NCBI GenBank assembly: GCA_963828125.1
Contig: CAWHDP010000002.1
Coordinates: 1,857,054-1,921,053 of the forward strand
Direction of reading: 5' to 3'
Length of the DNA stretch: 64,000 nt
Origin: an uncultured Chlamydiae bacterium
Lineage (GTDB): Bacteria; Chlamydiota; Chlamydiia; Chlamydiales; SM23-39
The notes under the pieces are model-generated. The model searched no databases and had not been told where the DNA came from. It saw only the letters and a list, made by a program, of their open reading frames with translations. Made by a program: the position numbers and the translations under genes. Below, in pieces: positions 1-8,682 of the stretch (positions within the stretch are counted from its first letter, which is position 1; every line of letters begins with the position of its first letter).

Positions 1-2
1 TC

Positions 3-659
3 GGCTCCCTTGCGATTGCCGTAGTCCTCCCCGCAGACAAGATCAATCTCGCGGGCGGCCTCATGCAAGTCTTTGCCAATTTTTTCGATGTATTTCACTT
101 GAAGGCGCTGATCCCTTTGATGAGCTTCTTGATTGTCGTCGGCAGCGTGGGAGGGATGATCAATTGGCTCATTTCCCCTGCCAAAGGGCTCCTCCACGCG
201 TCTCAATATGGGTTTCTCCCCCCCTACTTCACAAAAACCAACAAGCAAGGCGTCGCCAGCAGAGTTTTGATCGCCCAAGCTGTCCTCGTCACGATCGTCT
301 GCGTAGCTCTCCTTCTCCTCCCCACAGTGAACGCTTTTTACTGGTTCCTCACGGCTCTCAGCAACTGCCTTTATATGCTCATGTATATCTTGATGTTTCT
401 CGCCGTCTACCGGCTCCGCCTCAAAAACCTTCAGGGGGCCTTCAAAATCCCCGGAGGCAAAATTGGACTCGGATTTGTCAGCCTGCTTGGACTCATCGGC
501 TCCGCCCTCACCATCTTCTTTGGTTTCGTCCCGCCAGACCACGTCCATGTCGGCTCATCCCTCCGCTACATCCTGATGATTGCCATCGGCAATATCGTAT
601 TGATCCTCCCGATCCTCTTTTTCATCGGATATAAAAAGTACCGGACAAGAGACGGGTAA
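3..659 (+). CDS. APC-family amino acid permease/antiporter (GadC/YjeM-like), 5' partial
   Basis: Frame is open from the window start; multiple hydrophobic helices; motifs WLISPAKGL..A..G.LP..F.K.N and AFKIPGG are typical of GadC-type transporters. Confidence 0.8.
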   Translation, partial: GSLAIAVVLPADKINLAGGLMQVFANFFDVFHLKALIPLMSFLIVVGSVGGMINWLISPAKGLLHASQYGFLPPYFTKTNKQGVASRVLIAQAVLVTIVCVALLLLPTVNAFYWFLTALSNCLYMLMYILMFLAVYRLRLKNLQGAFKIPGGKIGLGFVSLLGLIGSALTIFFGFVPPDHVHVGSSLRYILMIAIGNIVLILPILFFIGYKKYRTRDG

Positions 660-677
660 ATTGGGTCCAAATCCAAG

Positions 678-1544
678 TTATTGGCCGATGGCGGTATAGC
701 TATAGCCGATTTGCTGAACCCACTGATTGATCGACTTCATCCACAAGAGCGCCTCTTTTCCCATCACTTTGATGATGAGAGCCCATGCGGCTGTCATGAG
801 GGCGATTCCGATCCACGATTTGAGCGACATGCCAAGAAATACGATCTGCACTTGGGGCGCTAGCCGGTTCGCGATGCCGAGAAACATGTCGGTGAGGAGG
901 ATCCCGACGAGGGCGGGGGCTGAAAGCTGGATGGCGAGATTCATGACTTTCGCAAAGAGGCGGATGACCATTTTTGCAAATGGCGTTTTGAGGGAAAAAA
1001 AGGTGGCGTTCACGAGGCTGTCGACGGGGATGAGCTGGTAGGAGGCGGCGACGGCGTCGAGAAAGAGAAAGGGGCCGTTGAGGGAGAAGAAAATAGCGAT
1101 GAGGACATAGTTGTAGAGCAGGCCGATGGGCCCTGTTTGGCTCTGGGTGGTCGGGTCGGTCACTTGGAGCGAGGCTGAACCGCGCTGGTGGTCGATGAGG
1201 CCGCCCGCCATCTGGGCGATAAAGAAGGGGATGGCGGCGAGGAAACCGAGGATCATGCCGATGAGGAGTTCTTTGATGAGATAGCCGATGAAAGTGAGGT
1301 TGAAGGGGAGTTCTCCCTTAGCAACCATTAGATTCTGAGGAAGGACGATGGCGACAAGGGCAGTTGCAAACATCATCCGGATCGCCATGGGGACGTTTTT
1401 GGAGCCGAAAAAAGGGGCGAGGGCCAAAATGGGGAGGATCCGGGCGAGGGTGAGGAAAAAAAGGGAGAGGACGGTGGCCGGTTGCAGGTGTGGAAGCGCG
1501 AGGAGGAGGGAGACGTAATCTTCTGTGGCGGTGAGCGAGTTCAT
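678..1544 (-). CDS. sctT: Type III secretion export apparatus protein SctT (YscT/CdsT)
   Basis: 288-aa hydrophobic protein with KE.LIG..LGF, AG..ID.QRG and NRLAPQVQI motifs; last gene of the sctJKLRST operon. Confidence 0.95.
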   Translation of the reverse strand: MNSLTATEDYVSLLLALPHLQPATVLSLFFLTLARILPILALAPFFGSKNVPMAIRMMFATALVAIVLPQNLMVAKGELPFNLTFIGYLIKELLIGMILGFLAAIPFFIAQMAGGLIDHQRGSASLQVTDPTTQSQTGPIGLLYNYVLIAIFFSLNGPFLFLDAVAASYQLIPVDSLVNATFFSLKTPFAKMVIRLFAKVMNLAIQLSAPALVGILLTDMFLGIANRLAPQVQIVFLGMSLKSWIGIALMTAAWALIIKVMGKEALLWMKSINQWVQQIGYSYTAIGQ

Positions 1545-1813
1545 CCCGCGCCTGCCTTCGAGATAGCGCTAAAGATGGTGTTTGTGTACTGGAGAACCAT
1601 CGAGCCGAGCCAGCCGCCAAGAAAAATGATGGTGAAGACGACGGCAAAAAGTTTGACGGTGAAAGAGAGGGTCTGCTCCTGAATTTGGGTCGCAGCTTGG
1701 AAAATGGCGACGATGAGGCCGAGGACGGTGCTGATGATGATCGGGGGACCCGAGAGGATCAGGATTAAGATCAGGGCCTGGTACGATAGGGAATAGATCT
1801 CATTTGCAAACAT
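1541..1813 (-). CDS. sctS: Type III secretion export apparatus protein SctS
   Basis: 90 aa with QAATQIQEQTLSF signature. Confidence 0.95.
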   Translation of the reverse strand: MFANEIYSLSYQALILILILSGPPIIISTVLGLIVAIFQAATQIQEQTLSFTVKLFAVVFTIIFLGGWLGSMVLQYTNTIFSAISKAGAG

Positions 1814-1815
1814 AG

Positions 1816-2595
1816 TTACCTAAACGACATGGCTAATGCTTGAACGAGGACCGTCCATCCGTCGATCATGACGAGGAGGAGGAGCTTAATTGGCAGGGCA
1901 ATGGTGAGCGGCGAGAGCATCATCATACCCATTGCAAGGAGAATGTTCGAAACGACAAGGTCGATCACAAAAAAGGGGAGATAGATAAGAACTCCGATTT
2001 CAAAGGCGGTCTTGAGCTGGCTGGTGATAAATGAGGGGATCAGGACGATAAAATCGGTCTGTTTAAGCTCCGTTTTATACGGCTCGGGAAAGGTTTTTGT
2101 CCCTAAAGCGTAAAAACTTTGGATGTGTTTGGCCGAGACGTTTCTTTGTAGAAAATCACGCAGCGGCTCTTTCGCTTTATCGATCACGTCAACGACAAAA
2201 ATGGCCGACTGATTCGAGAGGATGTCGGCGGGAGGATTGGTTTTAAGAACCCCTTCGGAGGCCTTGTACATCAAGAGGGCTGTTGGAAACATGACGTACA
2301 GGGTGACGAGGAGGGCGATCCCGTTCAGCACTTGGTTGGGGGGGGTCTGCTGCACGCCAAGGGCTTGCCGGAGAAAAGAGAGGACGACGATGATCTTCAT
2401 GAATGAGGTGAGGAGCATGATCGCAAAAGGGAGGAGCGATAGGCCAGCTAGAACGGCGAGCTTGGTCACCATCGAGGGGTTATTGCTCGGCGGGAGATCG
2501 GAGACGGTTTGGCTTTGAGTTTTTTGGACAGGGGCGTTTTGCGCCGCGAGAGGCGAGCCGATAAGGAGAAGAAGGCAAATCAGATATTTCCACAT
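1816..2595 (-). CDS. sctR: Type III secretion export apparatus protein SctR
   Basis: LRQALGVQQTPPNQVL, AFEIG..IYLPF.VIDLVV..ILLAMGMMM and DGW motifs. Confidence 0.96.
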   Translation of the reverse strand: MWKYLICLLLLIGSPLAAQNAPVQKTQSQTVSDLPPSNNPSMVTKLAVLAGLSLLPFAIMLLTSFMKIIVVLSFLRQALGVQQTPPNQVLNGIALLVTLYVMFPTALLMYKASEGVLKTNPPADILSNQSAIFVVDVIDKAKEPLRDFLQRNVSAKHIQSFYALGTKTFPEPYKTELKQTDFIVLIPSFITSQLKTAFEIGVLIYLPFFVIDLVVSNILLAMGMMMLSPLTIALPIKLLLLVMIDGWTVLVQALAMSFR

Positions 2596-2596
2596 A

Positions 2597-3223
2597 CTAT
2601 TTTTTCATAAACGATTCAAAGGCCGATTCCAGCGCCCGCCATTGATTTTCGAGCTGCGCATTGATAATACCTGCTTCGGTTTCTATCATGCAACCCCCCG
2701 GTTCAATATCGCCCCTTTCTTGGATCGAAAGATTCTCAAGGCGCTCGAAAATGCTTTTGATTTGGCTCTTGTGATCTTCGAGGATTTGGAGGTCGGCTTT
2801 ATTCACGTAGATGACGATTTTCCGATGTTGCGTCACCGGTTTTAAGGAGGTGAGGACGATGTCGACGATCCGGTCGGGATGGAGCCGGAGCTCCTCGCCG
2901 ATGATTTTCCGGGCCGCCTTTAAGGAGAGGGGGAGTATCTTTTTCTGGATCTCTTCTCTCAGCCGCTTCAACTCCTCATCGAGAGCGAGCAAGTGCTTGT
3001 TCAGTGAGACGAGCCCTTCTTGAAATCCCTCTTGAAAGGCGAGCTCTTTCGTCTTCTCCCCCTCTTCGACGATTTTTTTTCTATAGGCAAGGGCCTCTTC
3101 TTTCACAGTTGTCAATAGCTCGCTTGCTTGAGAGAGGGTGCTGAACTCTTTGGCGGGAATGACTTTCTCTCCAGGGGCGATCCGCACCTCCTTGCCGGAA
3201 ATGAGGGAAAAAAATTTCTTCAT
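2597..3223 (-). CDS. sctL: Type III secretion stator protein SctL (YscL/FliH family)
   Basis: Start trimmed to ATG 3223 (MKKFFSLI), overlapping the upstream stop; GF.EG and GGC.IETEAG.INA motifs. Confidence 0.92.
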   Translation of the reverse strand: MKKFFSLISGKEVRIAPGEKVIPAKEFSTLSQASELLTTVKEEALAYRKKIVEEGEKTKELAFQEGFQEGLVSLNKHLLALDEELKRLREEIQKKILPLSLKAARKIIGEELRLHPDRIVDIVLTSLKPVTQHRKIVIYVNKADLQILEDHKSQIKSIFERLENLSIQERGDIEPGGCMIETEAGIINAQLENQWRALESAFESFMKK

Positions 3224-4074
3224 AAAAGCTCTTCTATCTGGGGTAGGATCGCATCGGTCACGCCGTGGATCGGTTCTTTTGCACACAATTTGTATAGGGC
3301 ATTCCCCCGGCCGATATCCAACTGATGGCAGATGTACCAAATGAAATCGGGATCTTGCCCCGATAGCCCTGCGCCAAAACGGGCCAGGCCCCGCTTGTGC
3401 AAAAGGGTCCGGAGCGACTCTTCTGAGCCGTCCCACCTCTCAAGTCCCAATTTGCCGAGAGTGAACGGGTCTTTATGCGCTGTGGCTGTTTTGAGGAACT
3501 TCCGCTCCTCTTCCGATAAAAGACTGTAGATTTTTTTCAAGATTTTTGTCTCGACAATTTGCCTGAGCTCTGCCGCAAGGTCGTGGATCGAGAGGAGATC
3601 GATCAGCCGGGTCAGCTCTTTTTTGGAACAATGGAGCAATCGAGATAGGGAGGAGGAGGGCAAATAGTCGAGCGGGAGGAGCCGATCTTCCGGCCCCACC
3701 AGGCTGTCTAAGAGAATTTTTTGCAAAAAAGCTCTGCCGATTTCACTCGTTTCATGGCCATTGGACGATAGGATCAGCGCCTTGGCCAGATTTTTGGCGG
3801 AGTAAGGGTTGAGGGCCGATAGGAACAATTTTTGTTCCGTTTCGGGGTAGGTTTTGAGCGTCGGTAAAAACCAAGACCAGTGAACTTTTTCAAGAATATT
3901 GCCGTGTGAAAACCGGTCGGGCTGCACCTCGGCCCCCATCATGGGGAGGGCGTCGAGCTGTCTCCTCTCGGACTCAGGCAAAAAACGCTCCAACGCCACC
4001 CTCTTCGTGGGCTCGCAGCGGCCTAAGAGAGCCTTGAGAACCATCCCTGTTCGAGGTTCGTTGGATTTTTTCAC
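3220..4074 (-). CDS. Chlamydial T3SS operon protein between sctJ and sctL (CT560-like, probable SctK equivalent)
   Basis: Operon position; HWSW and LD.GRG motifs; SctK assignment is inference from synteny. Confidence 0.7.
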   Translation of the reverse strand: MKKSNEPRTGMVLKALLGRCEPTKRVALERFLPESERRQLDALPMMGAEVQPDRFSHGNILEKVHWSWFLPTLKTYPETEQKLFLSALNPYSAKNLAKALILSSNGHETSEIGRAFLQKILLDSLVGPEDRLLPLDYLPSSSLSRLLHCSKKELTRLIDLLSIHDLAAELRQIVETKILKKIYSLLSEEERKFLKTATAHKDPFTLGKLGLERWDGSEESLRTLLHKRGLARFGAGLSGQDPDFIWYICHQLDIGRGNALYKLCAKEPIHGVTDAILPQIEELL

Positions 4075-4077
4075 GCT

Positions 4078-4953
4078 CTAAGTCCCCGGCGGTGGAATTT
4101 CAGGCGCTTTTTCCTCGGATTTAAGCCGCATGATTGGATAGAACTTATAGAGGAGCCAACCGATCCCCCCAGCGAAAAGAAGGAGGAGGAAAATAAAGAA
4201 GAAAAAAATCACGCGGAAGCGGGTCAGAGAATTCTTGGTTAAAACAAGCCCCCAGATGCTCACATAGGTCTGTTGGAGCGATTTGGCTCCGATCATTTCT
4301 CCCGCCGGCTGCAAAATGATGTCTGCTAAGCGGGACCTGTCTGAAATGACCGAGACGTCTTCAAAATTGAGTCCATTGACGCTCCCCGCCATCAGCCGTT
4401 TGATTTTCACTTCCATATGGCTGTTCGGATCTTCCATGATCCCTTGATGCTTCACGTAGACGGCGGCGGTGGTTTTTAGCGGCGGAGCTCCGGGCGTCGG
4501 CGTCCCCTCGCTTGCGGGGAAAGAGATTTGAACGTCAGCGTCGAGCACTCCGTCCATCTTCAAAATCGTATTTTTCAGCTCTTCGGCCAAACCTGCCTGA
4601 TAGCGGATCGTCTCCTCTCTATCTGTAGAGACGAGCCCTCCTCCGGCAAACAGAGTGAGGAGATTGGTCCCTTGTCTGCGCGGCAAACCGTACTGATTGA
4701 GCAGGGCCATGGCCTGGGTCAACTGGTCTTCAGAGACAGCGATGTTGAACAGGTCGGTCGCTGCGCCTGCCGCTGCAGTCGAAGAGGGGGGGGCGGCTAT
4801 TTTTTGCGCTGCGATCCCTTTCGAGGCGAGAAATACAATGATCTCATTCGCATCGCGCTCATCGATATTGCTGACGATCGATTGGTTCGCTGCGCACCCA
4901 GCTAAAAGGAGCAGGAGAAGAAAAGAGAGTTTCACAAGAGACTTTCGGATCAT
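4078..4953 (-). CDS. sctJ: Type III secretion inner-membrane ring lipoprotein SctJ (CdsJ)
   Basis: Lipobox LAGC, E.DANEI, GLPR, MDGVLDADVQISFP and a C-terminal TM helix; ATG 4953 preferred. Confidence 0.95.
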   Translation of the reverse strand: MIRKSLVKLSFLLLLLLAGCAANQSIVSNIDERDANEIIVFLASKGIAAQKIAAPPSSTAAAGAATDLFNIAVSEDQLTQAMALLNQYGLPRRQGTNLLTLFAGGGLVSTDREETIRYQAGLAEELKNTILKMDGVLDADVQISFPASEGTPTPGAPPLKTTAAVYVKHQGIMEDPNSHMEVKIKRLMAGSVNGLNFEDVSVISDRSRLADIILQPAGEMIGAKSLQQTYVSIWGLVLTKNSLTRFRVIFFFFIFLLLLFAGGIGWLLYKFYPIMRLKSEEKAPEIPPPGT

Positions 4954-5005
4954 TTTTAGCACCTACCACAGTTATACACTGAACCGATTTCGGTTTTCAA
5001 CAAAA

Positions 5006-6589
5006 TCAGTGTTTCCTCTTCTCAAGGTACTCTTCTAGGGGGCCGTCGTGAATATGCATTCCATCGTCTTCGAAGGCGATGATTTGAGTGGCAAAGCCGT
5101 TGATGAGTTCTCTATCGTGCGTCGCTACGATCGCGGTCCCCTTAAAGTCCTCTAGACCCCAAGCGAGCGCTGAAACGGCTTCGAGGTCGAGGTGATTGTT
5201 CGGCTCGTCGAGAATGAATGTGTTCGGCCCTGTCAAAATCAGGCTCCCGAGAATGAGGCGGGCCGCCTCGCCGCCGGAGAGATTGGAGAGCGGCTTGAAC
5301 GCGTCATCGCCGCTGAAGAGCATTTTGCCGAGGACGCCCCGCACGTCTTGGTCAAAGACCGCTTGCTTACGGGCTTTGAGCCAATCGAAGGCGGTCTCTT
5401 GGCTGTGTTTGTTGAGCACCTCGCCGTGGTTTTGGGGAAAATAGCCAATATTTACGCCGTGGCCTACAGTGATCTTGCCGCTGTCCGGGGTCAACAGGCC
5501 AGCGAGAAGTTTGAGCAGAGTCGTTTTGCCTCTGCCGTTATTTCCGATCACTGCGATTTTAGCGCCCCGCTGAATTTCAAGAGAAACTCCTTGAAAGACC
5601 GGAATCCCGTCGTAAGACTTAGAGAGCTCGCCCGCTTTCAGCACCATTTGACCCGACTGTTTTTCGGGAGCGGGGAAGCGGATGTAGGGGCGTTGGATGT
5701 TCGATTTCTTCAATTCGAGCGGTTGGAGTCTGTTAATTTCTCTGATCCGCGACTGGACTTGGCTGGCCCGTGTTCCGGCGCCAAACTTGGCGACGAACTC
5801 TTTCAGCTGGGAAATCTTTTTCTCTTTGGCCTTGTTTTCGTCCTCGGCCCTCCCCCGGACTGCGGTTTTGGTGACGAGCATGGAGTCGTAGTTGCCCGGG
5901 TAGGTGATGACGGTCTCATAATCGATGTCGGCGATGTGGGTGCAGATCGAATTCAAAAAGTGCCGGTCATGGCTAACGACAACCAAAGTCCCTTCATAAT
6001 TGTGGAGGAATTCCTCCAGCCAGGAGATCGAGTCGAGATCGAGATGGTTCGTCGGTTCATCGAGAAGAAGCGCTTGCGGATGGCCGAAGAGCGCCTGACA
6101 GAGGAGCGCGCGGAATTGCCGGTCGCTTGGGACTTCATGCATTTTCTTCCGGTGCTGCTCCTCCGGTATCCCCATGCCGGTCAAGAGTACTTCGGCCTCC
6201 GATTCAGCCGAATACCCCTCCTCATCGGCGATCACCTCTTCGAGTTCGCCAAGCCGCATGCCGACCGCATCGGTCATCTCCACCTCATACAACCGATCCC
6301 GCTCGCTTAGTGCGTCCCATAGACGGTTGTTTCCCATAATGACTGTATCGATCACGGTGAAATCCCTGAAATCTTCGATCCGCTGTTTTAAAAATCCCAC
6401 TTTTTTCGGCAGGGTGACAATCCCCGTCGTCTGGGGCTCTGCGCCCATGATGATCTTGAGAAGGGTCGATTTGCCAGAGCCGTTTGGACCCGTTAAGCCG
6501 TATCTGCAGTGATCGTTAAAGGTAAAATTGACGTCCTCAAAAAGGGTTCGATTGCCGACCCGCTTGGAAATTTTTTCTAATGTAATCAT
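5006..6589 (-). CDS. ABC-F family ATP-binding protein (YbiT-like)
   Basis: Two Walker A motifs (GPNGSGKST, GNNGRGKTT), two LDEP.NHLD motifs, no TM segments; start trimmed to MITLEKISK. Confidence 0.92.
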   Translation of the reverse strand: MITLEKISKRVGNRTLFEDVNFTFNDHCRYGLTGPNGSGKSTLLKIIMGAEPQTTGIVTLPKKVGFLKQRIEDFRDFTVIDTVIMGNNRLWDALSERDRLYEVEMTDAVGMRLGELEEVIADEEGYSAESEAEVLLTGMGIPEEQHRKKMHEVPSDRQFRALLCQALFGHPQALLLDEPTNHLDLDSISWLEEFLHNYEGTLVVVSHDRHFLNSICTHIADIDYETVITYPGNYDSMLVTKTAVRGRAEDENKAKEKKISQLKEFVAKFGAGTRASQVQSRIREINRLQPLELKKSNIQRPYIRFPAPEKQSGQMVLKAGELSKSYDGIPVFQGVSLEIQRGAKIAVIGNNGRGKTTLLKLLAGLLTPDSGKITVGHGVNIGYFPQNHGEVLNKHSQETAFDWLKARKQAVFDQDVRGVLGKMLFSGDDAFKPLSNLSGGEAARLILGSLILTGPNTFILDEPNNHLDLEAVSALAWGLEDFKGTAIVATHDRELINGFATQIIAFEDDGMHIHDGPLEEYLEKRKH

Positions 6590-6597
6590 GCTGAAAA

Positions 6598-6607
6598 ATG
6601 ATACCAT
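6598..6607. promoter_or_regulatory. Overlapping divergent extended -10 elements for xerC and the ABC-F gene
   Basis: TGnTACCAT (+) ends 6 nt before the xerC ATG; TGnTATCAT (-) ends 8 nt before the ABC-F ATG; only 24 bp separate the start codons. Confidence 0.55.
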
Positions 6608-6613
6608 ACGGCT

Positions 6614-7480
6614 ATGGACTTTTTCAAGAATATTGACCAGTTTTTGCTCCACCTCAAATTGGCCAAGGGGGTCTCTCCGCATACCCTGAGGGGATACAAG
6701 ATCGATCTGAGCGCTTTTTTTACTTTTGCCGGGGGCGAGGAGATCTCTAAAAAGGTGATTCGCCGCTATCTTGCCCACCTCTATCAGAAAAAAGCTGCCT
6801 CTAAAACCGTCTTGCGCAAGATCTCGTCTCTCAGGAGCTTTTATCGGCACGCCATTCGGGAAAAATGGGTCGCCGCAAATCCTCTGGAGGAGATCGATAC
6901 CCCTAAAAAAGAGAGACGGCTCCCCGTCTCGATCACCTACCCTCAAATCCAGCACCTCTTCAACCAACCCGATCTATCGAGTTATTTGGGATTTAGGGAC
7001 AGAGTGATCATGGAACTCTTTTATAGCTCAGCGCTCCGTTTGAGCGAGCTTGCGGGGCTGAACCGGAGAGATCTCGATGCCGATCAATGTATTGTCAATA
7101 TTTTTGGCAAAGGGAAAAAACAGCGGCAGATCCCCATTACTGAAACGGCAGCGGGTTGGCTCCGCCGCTATCTCAATCATCCCGAGCGGGACGAAAAAGA
7201 GGATCAGGCGATCTTTCTCAATAAATATGGGAGAAGGCTCTCTCCCCGGTCGATCGATCGGAACTTTGCCGCCTATTTGAAAGCCAGCGGACTTTCCGAG
7301 CGGATCACCCCTCACACGATTCGGCATACCATCGCTACCCATTGGCTCGAAAACGGAATGGATTTGAAAACGATCCAGATGCTTTTAGGTCACACATCTC
7401 TTTCAACGACGACAATTTATACTCATGTTTCTCCGAAGCTCAAGCGGGCGGTTTATGACAAAACACATCCTAGAGCCTGA
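6614..7480 (+). CDS. xerC: Tyrosine recombinase XerC/XerD
   Basis: SPHT..GY..DL N-terminus, LRLSEL, GKG.K.R, HTIRH, LLGH and TTTIYTHV catalytic motifs. Confidence 0.9.
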   Translation: MDFFKNIDQFLLHLKLAKGVSPHTLRGYKIDLSAFFTFAGGEEISKKVIRRYLAHLYQKKAASKTVLRKISSLRSFYRHAIREKWVAANPLEEIDTPKKERRLPVSITYPQIQHLFNQPDLSSYLGFRDRVIMELFYSSALRLSELAGLNRRDLDADQCIVNIFGKGKKQRQIPITETAAGWLRRYLNHPERDEKEDQAIFLNKYGRRLSPRSIDRNFAAYLKASGLSERITPHTIRHTIATHWLENGMDLKTIQMLLGHTSLSTTTIYTHVSPKLKRAVYDKTHPRA

Positions 7481-7489
7481 AAAAAAATT

Positions 7490-7804
7490 GGGGTGGCGTT
7501 AAGCCGGATTCTGTCGAGAGCCATCATTCCTCTGGGAGATCTGTTGCCAAATCCCTCAAGCGGTCAGCTTAGGAGTCGCTGCGCGGAACACGCTATCCAA
7601 ATTCGACCTTGCTTCAGACAGGGTTTACAACGGTCCCGGTCGCCCGGGATCCGATCGAGTGAACAACTCGAACTTTTCAACCTAACCGGTATAGTCTCTG
7701 TTGCACTTTCCGTCACCTTGCGGCGCCCAGCCGTTAACTGGTATCCTTTCCTGCGAAGTCCAGACTTTCCTCACCTTGTTGAAGGTGCGATGACTTACCA
7801 CCCC
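7490..7804 (-). ncRNA. rnpB: RNase P RNA (type A, compact, about 315 nt)
   Basis: Minus strand carries GAGGAAAGUCUGGAC (CR I), GAAAGUGCAACAGA, UAAACCC, GAAGCAAG and ACAGAAUCCGGCUUA (CR V); ends pair as P1 (GGGGUGG...CCACCCC); lies directly downstream of the zinc-ribbon gene. Confidence 0.95.
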
Positions 7805-7810
7805 AAAAAC

Positions 7811-8578
7811 TTATACGCTTGTTGTTTTGCGACGACGCCGTTTCGTAGCCACTGCAGTTCCTTCCAACTCTTCGCTTTGCTGCCAGAAGTGGATGCGGGA
7901 GCAGTGTTCGCAAAAGGTGAGCCGCTCTCCTCTTCGGACGACGTTTTCATGTTGTGCGGTGAGTGCAATATGGCAGCCGGAGCAGGTCCTATTTTCGATC
8001 GGCACGACAACGCGGTCTTTTTTATTATTGAGGAGGCGCTGATAGATCCGAAGAACCTCGGGGTCGGCTGTTTTGGCCAGTTCATTACGAGAGATTTTAA
8101 GACCAGCCCCTTCAAGATTAATGAGCCGGATACTCTCCCGAATCTCATTTTCTAAATTATGGCTGCTCTCTTCCGACTGGAGAAGCGACTCTTTAATTTT
8201 TATGAGAATCTCATCTTCGAGATTTCTCTTATCGATTAAATCGCTCGCGATGTGCTCAGTGGCGATCCGTTCCCGCTCAGAACTCGTCATCTCTTGCGTC
8301 AATGCGTTGAATTCATCGACTTTTTTGACGGTGTTCTGCTTCGCCTCCAACTTTTTGAGCCTCTCTTTGATGTCGGAAATCTTCGTCTCTTGGACGGCGA
8401 TATTGCGGCTCAGATCGGCGATCTCTTCCTCTTTCTCCTGCTGCTGCTGGCGCAGCTCATGGCGGAGCGAATCAATATGCTCCAACTCCTTCAGGCGCTC
8501 TTGCTTCAGACGCATGAGGCGGATCATCTTCATGTCGAATTCTTGGATGTCTAGAATGACTTTTAACTCTTGCAGCAT
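7811..8578 (-). CDS. cdsZ: Coiled-coil C4-type zinc ribbon protein (CT398/CdsZ family)
   Basis: Long coiled coil plus CSGC...CEHCSRI zinc ribbon. Confidence 0.85.
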   Translation of the reverse strand: MLQELKVILDIQEFDMKMIRLMRLKQERLKELEHIDSLRHELRQQQQEKEEEIADLSRNIAVQETKISDIKERLKKLEAKQNTVKKVDEFNALTQEMTSSERERIATEHIASDLIDKRNLEDEILIKIKESLLQSEESSHNLENEIRESIRLINLEGAGLKISRNELAKTADPEVLRIYQRLLNNKKDRVVVPIENRTCSGCHIALTAQHENVVRRGERLTFCEHCSRIHFWQQSEELEGTAVATKRRRRKTTSV

Positions 8579-8682
8579 GTACGGAACCTCTGGAAAATAA
8601 TCGGATTGTTGGGGATACTATAATGTTTATGAGCTTAATGAAGCAAGCAAATCCTCATCAGAGTCTCTCGCAGGAGTCAAAA

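Noticed and set aside
3224..3436. N-terminal extension of sctL (also extensions of dapL, rnc, ptsN, gcvH in the ORF track)
   Set aside because: Overlap neighbouring genes; homology motifs start at downstream ATGs
678..4953. T3SS operon as a novel system
   Set aside because: Standard chlamydial sctJ-L-R-S-T cluster
5192..6310. 372-aa plus-strand ORF (and similar shadows at 8815-9825, 32140-32835, 49208-49933)
   Set aside because: Antisense to well-supported conserved genes
6590..6967. N-terminal extension of the ABC-F ORF
   Set aside because: Overlaps xerC on the opposite strand; the ABC domain begins at MITLEK (6589)
6614..7480. Tyrosine recombinase as prophage or integron integrase
   Set aside because: XerC-like length and motifs, housekeeping neighbours, and no att sites, cassettes or phage genes seen
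7493..8155. 220-aa plus-strand ORF
   Set aside because: Antisense to rnpB and cdsZ, with no protein motif
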